Source: an uncultured Gemmatimonadales bacterium (lineage in GTDB: Bacteria; Gemmatimonadota; Gemmatimonadetes; Longimicrobiales; Gaopeijiaceae). Taken from it: 64,000 bases of DNA. Position 1 is the first letter of the stretch. Each line of letters starts with the position of its first letter. The stretch spans positions 1-64,000 of the forward strand of contig CAWGKG010000021.1 of assembly GCA_963823035.1 (NCBI GenBank), read 5' to 3'. The position numbers and the translations under genes were made by a program. Below, one piece after another: positions 34,123 through 46,280 of this stretch. The notes under the pieces were generated by a model. It was not told the origin of the DNA. It did not search any database and saw only the letters and a program-made list of their open reading frames with translations.

Positions 34123-37100
34123 ATGTTCTCTTCGACGCGCTCCGCCTTCTCGCTCCTCGCCAAGCTGGCGCTCGTGCTCACGCTCACCGCCTCGTCCCTG
34201 GCCGCGCAGCGGTCCATGCCTTCCGGGCCGGTGACGCTGGACTCGACCCTCCTCGCAGGGTTCGCGTGGCGCAACATCGGGCCGGATCGCGGCGGCCGCT
34301 CGATCGCGCGTCTCGGGCGTGCGCGGCCATCCCGAGCTGGCCTACTTCGGGGCGGTCGGTGGGGGGCTGTGGAAGACGACGGACGCGGGGGTGACGTGGA
34401 AGCCGGTCACCGACGGGCAGATCACGAGCGCTTCGGTGGGCGCCGTGGCCGTGAGCGAGACCAACCCCGACCTGGTGCTCATCGGAATGGGAGAGTCCGC
34501 CATCCGCGGCAACATCATGCCGGGCGACGGGATCTACCGTAGCACGGACGCGGGCGAGACGTGGGCGCACGTCGGATTCAACAACGTCGACGCGATCTCG
34601 AAGATCCGCATCCACCCGACCAACCCCGACATCGTCTTCGCCGCCGTGTTCGGCCAGTACAGCGTGCCGAGCGAGGAGCGTGGGATCTACAAGAGCACCG
34701 ACGGTGGGCAGACGTGGCGCAAGGTGCTGTACCGCGACGACAAGACCGGCGGGGTGGACATCTCGATCGACCGGAACAACCCGGACGTGATGTACGCGGC
34801 GATGTGGGAGGCGTACCGGAAGGAATACCAGATGTCGAGCGGTGGTCCGGGGTGTGGCCTCTTCAAGAGCACGGACGGCGGCGAGCACTGGACCGAGATC
34901 ACGCGCAACCCGGGTCTCCCGCAGGAGGGGCTCGTGGGCCGCATCGGCGTCGCGGTGTCGCGCGCCAATTCGAACCGGGTGTACGCGCTGGTCGAGAACG
35001 ACGACGGGGGGCTGTTCAAGAGCGACGACGCGGGCGCCACGTGGGAGAGGATGAACGACGACCGGCGCATCCGTCAGCGCGCGTTCTACTACACGAACGT
35101 CTTCGCCGACGCGAAGGACCAGGACGTGGTCTACATGGAGAACACGTCCCTCTACCGCTCCGAAGGACGCGGGGAAGACGATCGAGTCGCTCAGCGGAAC
35201 GCACGGCGACTTCCACGACCTGTGGATCGACCCGGACGACCCCACCCACCTGGTGGTGGCCAACGACGGTGGCGGCGCGGTGTCCGTGAACACCGGTGAG
35301 GACTGGACCGACGAGGACTTCCCGACGCCCCAGTTCTACCACGTGGTGACGAGCGCCCACATCCCCTTCCACGTTTGCGGCGCGCAGCAGGACAACAGCA
35401 CGCTGTGCATCCCCTTCGACTGGAACCGCGGAGGTGGTGGCGGCTTCGGCGGCGGCGGGGGCGGCGACCGCGATCCCACGGCCGGCGGGATGGAGCAGGC
35501 GTACCCGGTGGGCGGAGGCGAGCCGGGCTACATCGCGCCCGACCCGAACGACCTCATGCTCTTCTACTCCGGCGCCAACAACGGCGGCTACGTCGACAAG
35601 TACGACCGCGAGCTCGACCTGCACCGCGAGGTGAACCCGTATCCCTGGTTCTACTCGGGCGAGCCCTCGAAGGAGATCAAGGAGCGTTGGCAGTGGACGT
35701 TCCCGATCCTGTTCTCGCCGGTGGACCACAAGACGCTGTATGTGTCGTCGCAGCACGTCTGGAGCAGCCCGGACGGCGGCAAGACCTGGAACAGGCTCAG
35801 CGACGACCTGACCCGCCACGACCCGATGACGCTGCAGGAGTCGGGTGGACCGATCACGCACGACATGAACGGCCCCGAGGTCTACGCCACGGTCTTCGCG
35901 CTCGGACTGGGCAAGAAGAACATGGACGTGATCTGGGCCGGCTCGGACGACGGGCTCATCCACGTCACGCAGGACGGCGGCAAGACGTGGACGAACGTCA
36001 CGCCGAAGGACATGCCGGACTTCGGGCGCGTCAGCCAGATCGACGCCTCGTCGTTCAACGACGGCGCCGCGTACGTCGCGGTGAAGCGGCCGCTGCTGAA
36101 CGACCGGGCGCCCTACATCTACCGGACAAAGGACTACGGGAAGACGTGGACGAAGACGGTCGCGGGCATCCGCGGCTACGTGCATGCGGTGCGTGAGGAT
36201 CCGAACCGCCAGGGGCTGCTGTACGCGGCCACGCAGCACGGCGTGTTCGTCTCGTACGACGACGGCGACCACTGGCAGGACCTCACGCTCAACATGCCCG
36301 ACCTCCCGGTCGTGGACCTGGTGGTCGAGAAGAACGAGCTGGTCATCGCCTCGCACGGACGCGGCTTCTGGGTGCTCGACAACGTGGCGCCGCTGAGGCA
36401 GGCGACGCAGGGCACCACGGCGGAGGACCTGACCGTGTTCGCACCGCCGGTGGCGACGCGGTCCGGCCCGAACGTCGACCTCTCCTGGTGGACGAAGTCC
36501 GCCCCGAAGGACGGCAAGGTCGAGGTGCTGGATTCGGTCGGCGCGGTGCTGCGCACCTTCGTGCCGGACACGACCACGCCCGACACCACCAGCTCGCGCC
36601 GCGGTGGCGGCCGGTTCGGCGGGCCGACGTGGATGCCGACGAAGGCGGGGCTGAACAAGCTCTCCTGGAACCTCCAGGCGGAGCCCTTCGAGACCTTCGA
36701 GGACATGATCTTCTGGGGCGCGCGCACCGCCGGACCGGCGGTGCCGCCGGGTCGCTACACCGTGCGCGTGACCGCCGACGGCCGCAGCGCGAGCGCGCCG
36801 CTGACCGTGCGCCGCAACCCCTGGATCACCGACGTGACGGACGCGGACCTGCACGCGCAGTACGAGTTCAGCCGCGCCGTGCGCGACAAGGTGACGGAGG
36901 CGAACGAGGCGGTGATCGCGATCCGCAACGTGAAGAAGCAGCTCGAGGACCGGTACGAGAAGAGCGACGACGCGAAGCTGCACGATGCGGGCGACCGGCT
37001 CGACACGAACGCCTCGGACGTCGAGGACGACATCTACCAGGTGAAGAACCGCAGCAACCAGGACCCGCTCAACTTCCCGATCCGCGTCAACAACCGGCTG

Positions 37101-37322
37101 GCCAACCTGATGGCGATGGCGGAGCGCGGCGACGGGCGGCCCACCACGAACATGCCGGAGATCTTCCAGATCCTGTCGGTGCAGCTGAAAGGCTACACCG
37201 ACCGGCTCGACGAGGTGTGGGAGACCGATCTGGCCGCGGTGAACCGGGAGCTGTCCCGCCTGAACCTGGCGACGATCGACCCGAAGTGCACGAAGGCGGA
37301 GGGCTGCCGACCGATCATGTAG
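34123..37322 (+). CDS. VPS10/sortilin-like BNR-repeat glycosyl hydrolase-like protein, secreted; apparent frameshifts near 34310 and 35163
   Basis: Signal peptide, WRNIGPDRGGRS, GGLWKTTDAGVTW, RQRAFYY, QQDNS, RWQWTFP, ASHGRGFW, and many Asp-boxes. Confidence 0.9.
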
Positions 37323-37341
37323 GCGGGCGCGGGGGCGCCGC

Positions 37342-40239
37342 TCAGCGGCTCGGCGGCGCCCGAGCGCATCGGCGAGCACCAGCGCGGCGTGCCGGGCTTC
37401 GCGCCCGGTGCCGTCGCGGATCTGCGCGCGGCAGCTCGTGCCGTCCGCCACGATCCCGGCGGACGGCGCCGCGGCGCGCACGGCGGGGAGGAGGTCCAGC
37501 TCACCCATCGACAGCGAGACGTCGACGTGCTCGGCGTGGTAGCCGAACGCGCCGGCCATCCCGCAGCACCCGGAGGCGATCTCCGTCACGGTCGCGCCGG
37601 GGACCCGGCGGAGCATGCGCAGCGTCGCGCCCGTGGCGCCGGCGGCCTTCTGGTGGCAGTGGCCGTGCACGAGCAGCGTGGGGCCTCCGCCCTCCGTCGC
37701 GCTCGGCCAGCGGCAGGCGGCGGCCCTCCTCCCAGTCACGGTCGAGGAGCTCCTCGAGGAGGAGGGCGCGCTCCGCGACCACCGAGCCGTCGCGCCCGGT
37801 CAGCTCGGGATCTCGTCACGCAGCGTCAGGAGGCACGACGGCTCGAGCCCCACGATCCAGGCGCCGCGGCGGGCAGCCTCCACCAGCGCCGCCACCAGGC
37901 GCTCGGCCTCGATCCTCGCCTCGTCGAGCATCCCCGCGCTCAGGTACGTCCGCCCGCAGCATAGCGGCCGTCTTCCGGAGATCGGCCGTGCGGTCGTGAC
38001 GCGATGGCCGGCCGCCTCCAGGACCTTCACGGCAGCCCGCGCCTGCTCCGGCTCGAACCAGCGCGTGAAGGTGTCCACGAGGAGCACCACGTCCGCGGCG
38101 TCGCCCGCGTCGGCCTCGGCGTCGCGCCCACGGGCTACGGCTCCAGCGAGGAAGCGGCCGCCGCTTCGAGATGCCCAGGACGATCTCCCCGAGGGCGCGC
38201 AGCGGACCCGAGCCCGCCGCCGCGTTCAGCAGGGGCGCGAAGCGGGCCACGCGGGGGGCCGCGCGCGGGAGGGAGGCGAGGAGCCGCTCCCTCCGGTCGA
38301 TGCCGCGTGTCCGGTTGCGACGGTGCAGCCACTCGAGCTTGAGGCGGGCCATGTCCACGCCGGTGGGGCACTCGCGCTTGCACCCCTTGCAGGAGATGCA
38401 CAGCGACATCGCGTCGGCCATCTCGGGCGCGTCGAGCCCCTGGGGGCCGAGCTGGCCGGTCAGGGCGAGGCGGAGCGCGTTCGCCCGCCCGCGCGTGCTG
38501 TGCCGCTCGTCCGCGGTGGCGCGGAAGGAGGGGCACATCACGCCCGGATCGGACTTCCGGCAGGCGCCGTTGTCGTTGCAGCGCTCGACCGCCGTGAGGA
38601 TGCCGCCGTCCGGCCAGCTCAGAACGACGGGAAGGGGCTGGGCGGCGTAGCCGGGCGGGTAGCGGAAGAGCGCACGGTCGTCCATGCGTGGTGGGTCGAC
38701 GATCTTGCCGGGGTTCATCATCCCGGTGGGATCGAAGGTGCGCTTCACCTCGCCGAACGCCTGCACGAGCCGCCGGCCGAGCATGGGCTCCAGGAACTCC
38801 GAGCGCAGCAGACCGTCGCCGTGCTCGCCCGAGTGCGTGCCGCCGTAGTCGCGCACCACCTCGTGTACGGCCTCCGCGATCGTGCGCAGGCGCGTCACGT
38901 CGTCCGGGTCCTTGAGGTCGAGCGCGGGGCGCACGTGCAGGCAGCCCACGGAGGCGTGCGCGTACCACGTGCCGGTGCTGCCGTGGCGCCGGAAGATCTC
39001 CTCGACGCGGCGGGCGTATTCCGCCAGGTGCTCGAGCGGCACGGCGCAGTCCTCGATGAACGACACCGGCTTCCGCGGGCCGGCCATGCTCATGACGATG
39101 TTCAGCCCGGCCCTGCGCACGCTCCACACGTCGGCCTGAAGTGCCGGGTCCACCGCGCGGACCACGGCGCCCGGGAAGCCGAGGTCACCGCACAGCTCGG
39201 AGAGCGCGTCCAGGCGGCGCTCGAGGTCCACGCCCTCGACCTCCGCGGCGAACTCCACCAGGAGGAGCGCACCCGGCGTGCCGCGCACGAAGTGGGAGAG
39301 CGCGTCGCGGAAGTCGGGGCGCGCCGCCGCGAGGCCGAGCACGTTGCGGTCCACCAGCTCGACCGCCGAGGGATCCAGTCCCACGATGTGCTGGACGGCG
39401 TCGAGCGCGTCGAGGAGCTCGGGGAAGTGGCAAACGCCCACCACCCGGTGCACGGGGAACGGCGCGAGCTGGAGTCGGAGGCGCGTGAAGAAGGCGAGCG
39501 TCCCCTCCGAGCCGACGAGCAAGCGGCCCAGGTTCTCCCGGGCGGGTGCGAGGCGCGCCAGGTCGTAGCCCGCCACGTTGCGCATGGTGCGCGGCGCGCG
39601 CGCGGCGATCTCGTCGGCCTCGCGGGCGTACAGGGCGCGCAGGGCGCCCAGCTCCGGGGCGAAGAGCGTGGCCTCGTCGCCACCTTCGCCCAGCCACAGC
39701 CTGCGCCCGTCGGGGAGCACGGCCTCCACCGCCGCGACGTTGTCGACCATCATCCCGTAGCGCAGCGAGCGGGCACCGGCGCTGTTGTTGCCCGCCATCC
39801 CGCCGAGCGTGGCGCGGTTGGCCGTGGACGGGTCCACCGGAAACCACACGCCGTCGGGTCGCAGGGCGCGGTTCAGGTGGTCGAGCACGACGCCCGGCTG
39901 CACGGTCACGTGGTGGGGGTCGTCGGGCGAGCGCTCGACGGCCGTGAGGTGGCGGCTCACGTCGACGACGATCGCCCGCCCCACCGTCTGGCCGCACTGC
40001 GACGTGCCCGCGCCGCGCGGCAGCACCGGGGCGCCGGCCTCGCGCGCGACCTCCATCACGGCCTCCACGTCTTCCGTGGTCTTCGGAAAGACCACGCCGA
40101 GCGGCTCGATCTGGTAGTGGGACGCGTCCGTGGCGTACAGCCCGCGCGTGAACGCGTCGAAGCGCACCTCGCCCTGGACGGCGTGCCGGAGGCGCGCCTC
40201 CAGATCGGGATCACCGGGTTTCGGACCAGCGTGGGGCAC
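37342..40239 (-). CDS. FAD-linked oxidase fused to Fe-S/CCG domains (GlcD+GlcF / YdiJ-like 2-hydroxyacid dehydrogenase); several apparent frameshifts, 3' end approximate
   Basis: YATDASHY, PRGAGTSQCGQ, GSEGTL, SGEHGDG, MNPGK, CNDNGAC, CISCKGCKRECP, CCGR, HGHCHQK, CCGMAGAFG, GTSCRAQI. Confidence 0.88.
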
Positions 40240-40322
40240 GGCGTTCGTTTTGCGGGGGTGGCGGCCCGGGGGACGGCGGAGCATTCTACGCGACCGTTCG
40301 AACTCGCACCAATCGCCTACCC

Positions 40323-41499
40323 GTGACCTACCACAGCGGCCGACACTTCCTCCAGCTTCCCGGTCCCACGAACGTGCCGGATCGCGTGCTGCGCGCGATG
40401 GCCCGGCCGACGATCGACCACCGGGGCCCGGAGTTCCGGGACCTCGCGCTCGGACTGCTGGCGGGGCTGCGCGAGGTGTTCCGCACCGAGCATCCGGTGC
40501 TGGTCTATCCGTCCTCCGCGACGGGCGCGTGGGAGTCCGCCCTGACCAACACGCTCTCGCCGGGGGATCGGGTGGTGGCCTTTGCGCAGGGCTTCTTCGC
40601 CGACAAGTGGGCGCGTGTGGCCGGCGCACTCGGGCTGGACGTCCACGTCGAGCCGCAGGACCCGCGCCGCGCCGTGGACCCCGCCAGGGTCGCGGACATC
40701 TTGCGCGCGGACCGGGCCCACGCGATCCGCGCCGTCCTCGTGGTACACAACGAGACGTCGACGGGGGTGGTGGCGGACGTCGAGGCGATCGGGGCGGCGT
40801 CGCGCGCGACGGGACACCCCGCTCTCCTGATGGTCGACGCGGTGTCGTCGCTGGGCGCCATGGACTTCCGGCACGACGCGTGGGGGGTGGACGTCACGGT
40901 CTCGGGCTCGCAGAAGGGGCTGATGCTGCCGCCCGGGCTGGCGTTCGTCGCGGTCGGGCCTCGCGCGCTCGATGCGCACGGCTCGGCCGCGCTCCCCCGC
41001 GCCTACTGGGACTGGTCGGAACAGCTCGCCTTCAACGAGCGCGGGTTCTTCCCCTACACGCCGGCCACCAACCTCCTGTACGGCCTCGAGCAGTCGCTGG
41101 CGATGCTCCGCGAGGAGGGGATGGAGGCGGTCTTCGTCCGGCACGCCCGCTTCGGGGAGGCGACGCGGCGGGCGGTGGCGGCGTGGGAGCTCGAGACGTT
41201 CGCGGCCGACGCCGGGGAGGCGAGCGCCGCCCTCACGGCGGTGCGGGTCCCGGAGGGCCACGACGCGGACGCGGTGCGCTCCGTCATCCTCGAGCGCTTC
41301 GACATGTCGCTCGGCACGGGTCTGGGCCCGCTCAAGGGGAAGGCTCTTCCGCATCGGCCACCTCGGCGACCTCAACGACCTGACCCTCGTGGGGACGCTC
41401 GCCGGCGTGGAGATGGGGCTCGAGCTGGCGGGCGTGCCGCACGCGAAGGGAGGCGTGGCCGCCGCCATGGAGGTGCTCGCGGGGGCGGGCGGGCGATGA
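40323..41499 (+). CDS. Class V PLP aminotransferase (serine/alanine-glyoxylate aminotransferase-like); apparent frameshift near 41343
   Basis: HFLQLPGPTNVP, HNETSTG, VDAVSS, GSQKGLMLPPG (PLP Lys), YTPA, FRIGHLG. Confidence 0.92.
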
Positions 41500-42502
41500 G
41501 GGGTGGCCCGCGCGCGACCCGATGGCTCGCCGGCGCCGGCGCCCTCGTGGCCGTCGCGATCCTCGCGGCCTGCGGCGAGCCCTCCGGCCTCCACGAGCTG
41601 AAGTTCGGTCATGTCGGCGAGCCGGGCTCGCTCTTCGCGCTCTCGGCCGACGAGTTCGCGCGCCGCGCCAACGCACGCCTTCCGGCCGACTACCGGGTGG
41701 TGGTCTACGGATCCAGCCAGCTCGGCGGAGACGAGCTGCTCCTCCAGAAGATCAAGCTGGGCACGGTGGACTTCGCGCTCCCCTCCACGGTCATGTCCTC
41801 GCAGATCGACGCCTTCGGCCTCTTCGAGATGCCGTACCTCGTGCGCGACCGGGCGCACATGCGCGCGATCGAGCAGGCGGTGGTGTGGCCCGACCTCGCG
41901 TCCCTCGCGGAGGAGGCCGGCTATCACGTCATCGCGGTCTGGGAGAACGGCTTCCGCCACGTGACCAACAGCCGCCGTCCGATCGTCCGGCCGACGGATC
42001 TGGCGGGCATCAAGCTGCGCACGCCGCGCGGGGTCTGGCGCGTGAAGCTCTTCCAGACGCTCGGCGCCAACCCGACGCCGATGGCGCTCTCCGAGGTGTT
42101 CGTGGGGCTGCAGACCGGCGTCATCGACGGGCAGGAGAACCCGCTCGCCCAGATCTGGGGCTCGAAGCTCTACGAGGTGCAGAAGTACCTCTCCCTGACG
42201 AGCCACGTGTACACGCCGGCCTACGTCGTGGTCTCGCCGTCGCAGGTGGGCCGCCCTCCCGCCCGAGGTGCGCACCGTGCTCGAGGAGGAGGCGCGCGCC
42301 ACGCAGGCGTACGTGCACGCCACGGCCGAGCGTCTCGACGGGGAGCTGCTCGACAGCCTGCGCGCAGCGGGGGTCGAGGTGAACGAGCCGGACCGGCCGG
42401 CGTTCGTCGCGGCGAGCCGCGCCGTCTACGACGACTTCGGGCGCGCGGTGCCCGGGGGGCGCGGAGCTGATCGAGCGGGCCAGGGCGGCCGGGAGCAGGT
42501 GA
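41496..42502 (+). CDS. dctP: TRAP transporter substrate-binding lipoprotein DctP; apparent frameshifts near 42245 and 42455
   Basis: Lipobox LAAC, SSQLG, WENGFRH, GIKLRTP, LQTGVIDGQENP, EVQKYLSLTSH. Confidence 0.9.
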
Positions 42503-42993
42503 CGACCGCCGGCGCGCGGCGTCGGCTCGGCGCCTTCCTCGAGGGCGTCGTCCTCGTGCTCATGACGGCGCTGGCCCTCGTGGTCGTGGTGGGCGTGGTC
42601 TCCCGCAAGCTCGGGGCGTCGCTCGTCTGGTACGACGAGGTGGCCTCCGTGCTCCTCGCGTGGCTCACCTACTACGGGGCGGCCCTCGCGGCGCTGCGCA
42701 GAGCGCACATCGGCGTTCCCACGCTGGTGGAGCGGCTGCGCGGGAGCGTGCGCCTGGCGGCCGTGCTGCTCGCGGAAGCCTGCGTGGTCGGCTTCTTTCT
42801 CGTGCTCACGTGGGCTGGTGTGCGGGTGCTCTCCGTGCTGGGCGGCACGACGCTCGTGTCGCTCCCGTGGGTCCCGATGTCGGTGGCGCAGTCGGTGATC
42901 CCGATCGGCGCGCTCCTCTTCGTCGTGGCCGAGCTGCTCACCCTCCCCGACGTGCTCGCGGCGCGTTCGGACGGCGAGGAGGTCGCGCCGTGA
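42499..42993 (+). CDS. dctQ: TRAP transporter small permease DctQ
   Basis: About 4 TM segments, WYDEVA...WLTYYGAALA...HI. Overlaps its neighbours via GTGA. Confidence 0.88.
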   Translation: MTTAGARRRLGAFLEGVVLVLMTALALVVVVGVVSRKLGASLVWYDEVASVLLAWLTYYGAALAALRRAHIGVPTLVERLRGSVRLAAVLLAEACVVGFFLVLTWAGVRVLSVLGGTTLVSLPWVPMSVAQSVIPIGALLFVVAELLTLPDVLAARSDGEEVAP

Positions 42994-44276
42994 GCATCGT
43001 GGCGATCGGCCTCGTCCTCCTCGCGCTGGTCGTTCTGGGCGTGCCGGTCGCCGTGTCGATCGGCCTCGCCGCGGTGCTCGCGATGGCCACCGGGCCCTCC
43101 GGTCCGGCGTCGCTGCCGAACGCCGCGCTGGTGATGTTCAACGGATCCACCTCCTTTCCCCTGATCGCGATTCCGCTGTTCATCCTCGCGGGGTCGATCA
43201 TGAACGCGTCGGGGATCAGCCGGCGCCTCATCGCGTTCGCGTCCGCGCTCGTCGGCTTCGTGCGGGGCGGCCTCGCGATGGTGACGATCTGTGCGTCGCT
43301 CTTCTTCGCGGAGATCTCCGGCTCCGCGGTCGCCGACGTCGCCGCGCTCGGCTCCATCCTCATTCCGGCGATGGAGCGGCGCGGCTACTCGCGCCCCTTC
43401 GCGGCCGCCGTGACCTCCTCGTCCGCGACGCTCGCGGTCATCATCCCGCCGTCGATCCCGATGATCCTCTACGGCGTGATGTCGGGCAGCTCGGTCGTGC
43501 AGCTCTTCGTGGCGGGCATCGTGCCGGGCGTGATCGGCGGGCTGCTGATGATGTTCGTGGCGTGGCTGCTGGCACGCCGCTACGACTTCCCCCGCGAGCA
43601 GATGTTCCGCCTCGGCCTCGTCTGGAGGACGCTGCGGGACGCCGGGTGGGCGCTCCTCCTCCCCGTGGTCATCCTGGGTGGGATCTTCAGCGGGTGGGTG
43701 ACGGCGACCGAGGGGGCCGGGCTCGCCGTGGTGGCCGCCGCGTTCATCGGGGGCGTGGTCTACCGCGAGCTGGATCTGAAGGAGCTGCGCGGAGCGCTCG
43801 TCGAGGGCGCCGTGCAGACGGCCGTGGTCATGCTGCTCGTCGCGACGTCCGCCCTGCTCGGCGACCACCTCACGGAGGTACGCTTCCCGCAGCAGGTGGC
43901 CGGGGCCATCCTCGGCGTGACGCACGACCGCTGGGCGATCCTCCTGCTCCTGAACGCCTTCTTCCTCCTCATCGGCCTCCTCCTCCACTCGGCCGCCGCC
44001 ATCATCCTGGTGGTGCCGGTCGTGATGCCGTTGGTGCGGGCGGCCGGCATCGACCCCGTGCACTTCGGCCTGATCGTCACGCTCAACCTCGGCATCGGGC
44101 AGCAGACGCCGCCCGTCGCGAGCGTGCTGGTCACGGCGTGCTCGGTCGCCAAGGCCGACATCTGGGAGGTCAGCAAGGTCAACGTGTGGTTCGTGGCCGT
44201 GCTGCTCGCCGTGCTCCTTCTGGTCACCTACGTTCCGGCCGTGCCCATGACCCTGGTCGATTGGTTGGTCCGATGA
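42990..44276 (+). CDS. dctM: TRAP transporter large permease DctM
   Basis: AIPLFILAGSIM, ISGSAVAD, IIPPSIPMI, TATE, GIDPVHFG, TPPV. Confidence 0.93.
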   Translation: MSIVAIGLVLLALVVLGVPVAVSIGLAAVLAMATGPSGPASLPNAALVMFNGSTSFPLIAIPLFILAGSIMNASGISRRLIAFASALVGFVRGGLAMVTICASLFFAEISGSAVADVAALGSILIPAMERRGYSRPFAAAVTSSSATLAVIIPPSIPMILYGVMSGSSVVQLFVAGIVPGVIGGLLMMFVAWLLARRYDFPREQMFRLGLVWRTLRDAGWALLLPVVILGGIFSGWVTATEGAGLAVVAAAFIGGVVYRELDLKELRGALVEGAVQTAVVMLLVATSALLGDHLTEVRFPQQVAGAILGVTHDRWAILLLLNAFFLLIGLLLHSAAAIILVVPVVMPLVRAAGIDPVHFGLIVTLNLGIGQQTPPVASVLVTACSVAKADIWEVSKVNVWFVAVLLAVLLLVTYVPAVPMTLVDWLVR

Positions 44277-45055
44277 GCGGAGCCGACGTACGCGTCGAGA
44301 GTGACGGCCCGGTGGTCAGCGTCCTTCTCGACGGACCGGAGCGGCACAACGTGCTCGACCGGGCCGGGTGGGAGGCGCTCGCGCGCGTCGTGGAGGCGCT
44401 CTCCTCGGAGGACGAGCCGCGCTGCGTCGTCCTGAGGGGTGTGGGCGGACGCGCCTTCTCGGCCGGCTCGGACATCCGCGCCTTCGGGGGTCAGCGCGAC
44501 GCCCCCGACGACGTTCGGGCGTACTCGGCCGCGATCGCCGGCGCGTTGGAGGCGATCGCCCGGTGCCGGCACCCGACGCTGGCGATCGTGGAGGGGCTGT
44601 GCGTGGGCGGGGGGCTCGAGATCGCCGCCGCGTGCGACCTGCGCGTGTGCGAGGCGTCGAGCCGCTTCGGCGCGCCCATCGCGCGGCTGGGGCTCACCAT
44701 GTCGTACGAGGAGCTTGCGCCGCTGGTGGGTCTCCTTGGTCCGGGACCCGTGCTCGAGATCCTCCTCACCGGCGAGCTCGTCGACGCGGCGCGGGCCCGC
44801 GAGCTCGGGCTGGTGAATCGCGTCGCCGCGGACGGCCAGGCGTTGGTGGAGGGGTACGCGATGGCGCGCCGCGTCGCCGGGGGCGCGCCGCTCGTGCATC
44901 GCTGGCACAAGCGCTTCGTGCGCCGTCTGCTCGATCCCGCACCGCTCGCCGACGCCGAGCGCGACGAGGCGCACCACGCCTTCGGCACGGCCGACTACCG
45001 CGAGGGCCGCACCGCCTTCCTGCAGAAGCGGGACCCGGAGTTCCGCGGAGAATGA
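44273..45055 (+). CDS. Crotonase superfamily (enoyl-CoA hydratase/isomerase-like) protein
   Basis: AFSAGSDI, CVGGGLEIAAACDLR, DYREGRTAFLQKRDPEF. Confidence 0.9.
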   Translation: MSGADVRVESDGPVVSVLLDGPERHNVLDRAGWEALARVVEALSSEDEPRCVVLRGVGGRAFSAGSDIRAFGGQRDAPDDVRAYSAAIAGALEAIARCRHPTLAIVEGLCVGGGLEIAAACDLRVCEASSRFGAPIARLGLTMSYEELAPLVGLLGPGPVLEILLTGELVDAARARELGLVNRVAADGQALVEGYAMARRVAGGAPLVHRWHKRFVRRLLDPAPLADAERDEAHHAFGTADYREGRTAFLQKRDPEFRGE

Positions 45056-46257
45056 GCGGGGGGCCGCTCGCCGGGGTGCGCGTGGTCGAGCTCGCCCACG
45101 TCATGGCCGGGCCTCTCTGCGGCCTGCTCCTCGCCGACCTCGGCGCCGACGTGGTCAAGGTCGAGCGGCTGCCGAAGGGGGACGCGACGCGCGGCTTCGT
45201 CCCCCCGTCCCTCGACGGCGAGTCGGCGGCGTTCATGATGCTCAACCGCGGAAAGCGCGGCGTCGCGCTGGACCTGCGCGCGGACGGGGGCCGCGAGGCC
45301 GTGCGCCGCCTCCTGGCCCGGGCGGACGTGGTGATCGAGAACTTCCGCCCAGGCACCATGGAGGCGATGGGGCTCGGCTGGGCCGATCTGTCGGCTCTGC
45401 ACCCCCGACTGGTCTACTGCGCGATCAGCGGCTTCGGCTCCACGGGCCCGCTCGGCGGCCAGGGAGGCTTCGACCTCATCGCGCAGGGGCTCTCCGGCCT
45501 GATGAGCATCACCGGGGAAGCCGTGGGGCGCGCGCCGGTGAAGGTGGGGGCGCCGATCACCGACATCACGGCCGGCATCCTGGGAGCGCTGGGCGTGGTC
45601 TCCGCGCTGCACGAGCGGACGCGCACGGGGCGCGGCAGAAGGGTCGAGACGTCGCTCTTCGAGGCGGGGATCACGCAGACCTTCTGGCAGAGCGCGATCG
45701 CGCTGGCCACCGGGGAATCACCGGGACCGCTCGGCTCCGCCCACCCGCTCGCGGCGCCCTACCAGGCATTCCGTACGGCGGACGGGTGGATCAACATCGG
45801 CGCGTCGAACGAAGGCACGTGGGCACGCCTGGTGTCCGCGCTGGACGTCGAGGATCTCGCGCGCGACGCGCGCTTCCGTACGAACGCGGACCGCATGGTG
45901 AACCTGGAGGCGCTGGTAGACGCGCTCGTACCTCGCTTCGTGATGCGCAACACGGGGGACTGGCTCGCCCTCCTGGACGAAGCGGGCGTCCCCGCCGGCC
46001 CGGTGGCGTCGATCGGGGAGATGCTCACCCACCCCCAGACGCTCGCCCGGGCGATGGTGACGGAGGTCGAGCACGCGCGCCTGGGCTCCATGAAGACGCT
46101 GGGGAGCCCGATCAAGCTGTCGGGTGAGGCACCGGCCGCCCCGGGGCGCGGTGCCCCTGTTCTCGGGCAGCATACACGCGAGGTGCTCGTCGAGGCGGGC
46201 ATGGCGGAGGTGGAGGTGGACCGGCTCGTCGAACGCGGGATTGCAGTGCAGAGCTGA
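45052..46257 (+). CDS. CaiB/BaiF family III CoA-transferase
   Basis: LAGVRVVEL, LADLGADVVKVE, NRGKR, ENFRPG, ISGFG, ITDITAG (catalytic Asp), APVLGQHT. Confidence 0.93.
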   Translation: MSGGPLAGVRVVELAHVMAGPLCGLLLADLGADVVKVERLPKGDATRGFVPPSLDGESAAFMMLNRGKRGVALDLRADGGREAVRRLLARADVVIENFRPGTMEAMGLGWADLSALHPRLVYCAISGFGSTGPLGGQGGFDLIAQGLSGLMSITGEAVGRAPVKVGAPITDITAGILGALGVVSALHERTRTGRGRRVETSLFEAGITQTFWQSAIALATGESPGPLGSAHPLAAPYQAFRTADGWINIGASNEGTWARLVSALDVEDLARDARFRTNADRMVNLEALVDALVPRFVMRNTGDWLALLDEAGVPAGPVASIGEMLTHPQTLARAMVTEVEHARLGSMKTLGSPIKLSGEAPAAPGRGAPVLGQHTREVLVEAGMAEVEVDRLVERGIAVQS

Positions 46258-46280
46258 GTGGACCGGAAGGGCGGTGGACT

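Noticed and set aside
40323..42470. Apparent aminotransferase-DctP fusion
   Set aside because: A single extra base near 41343 explains it. The true aminotransferase end (FRIGHLG...) is in another frame and DctP has its own signal peptide.
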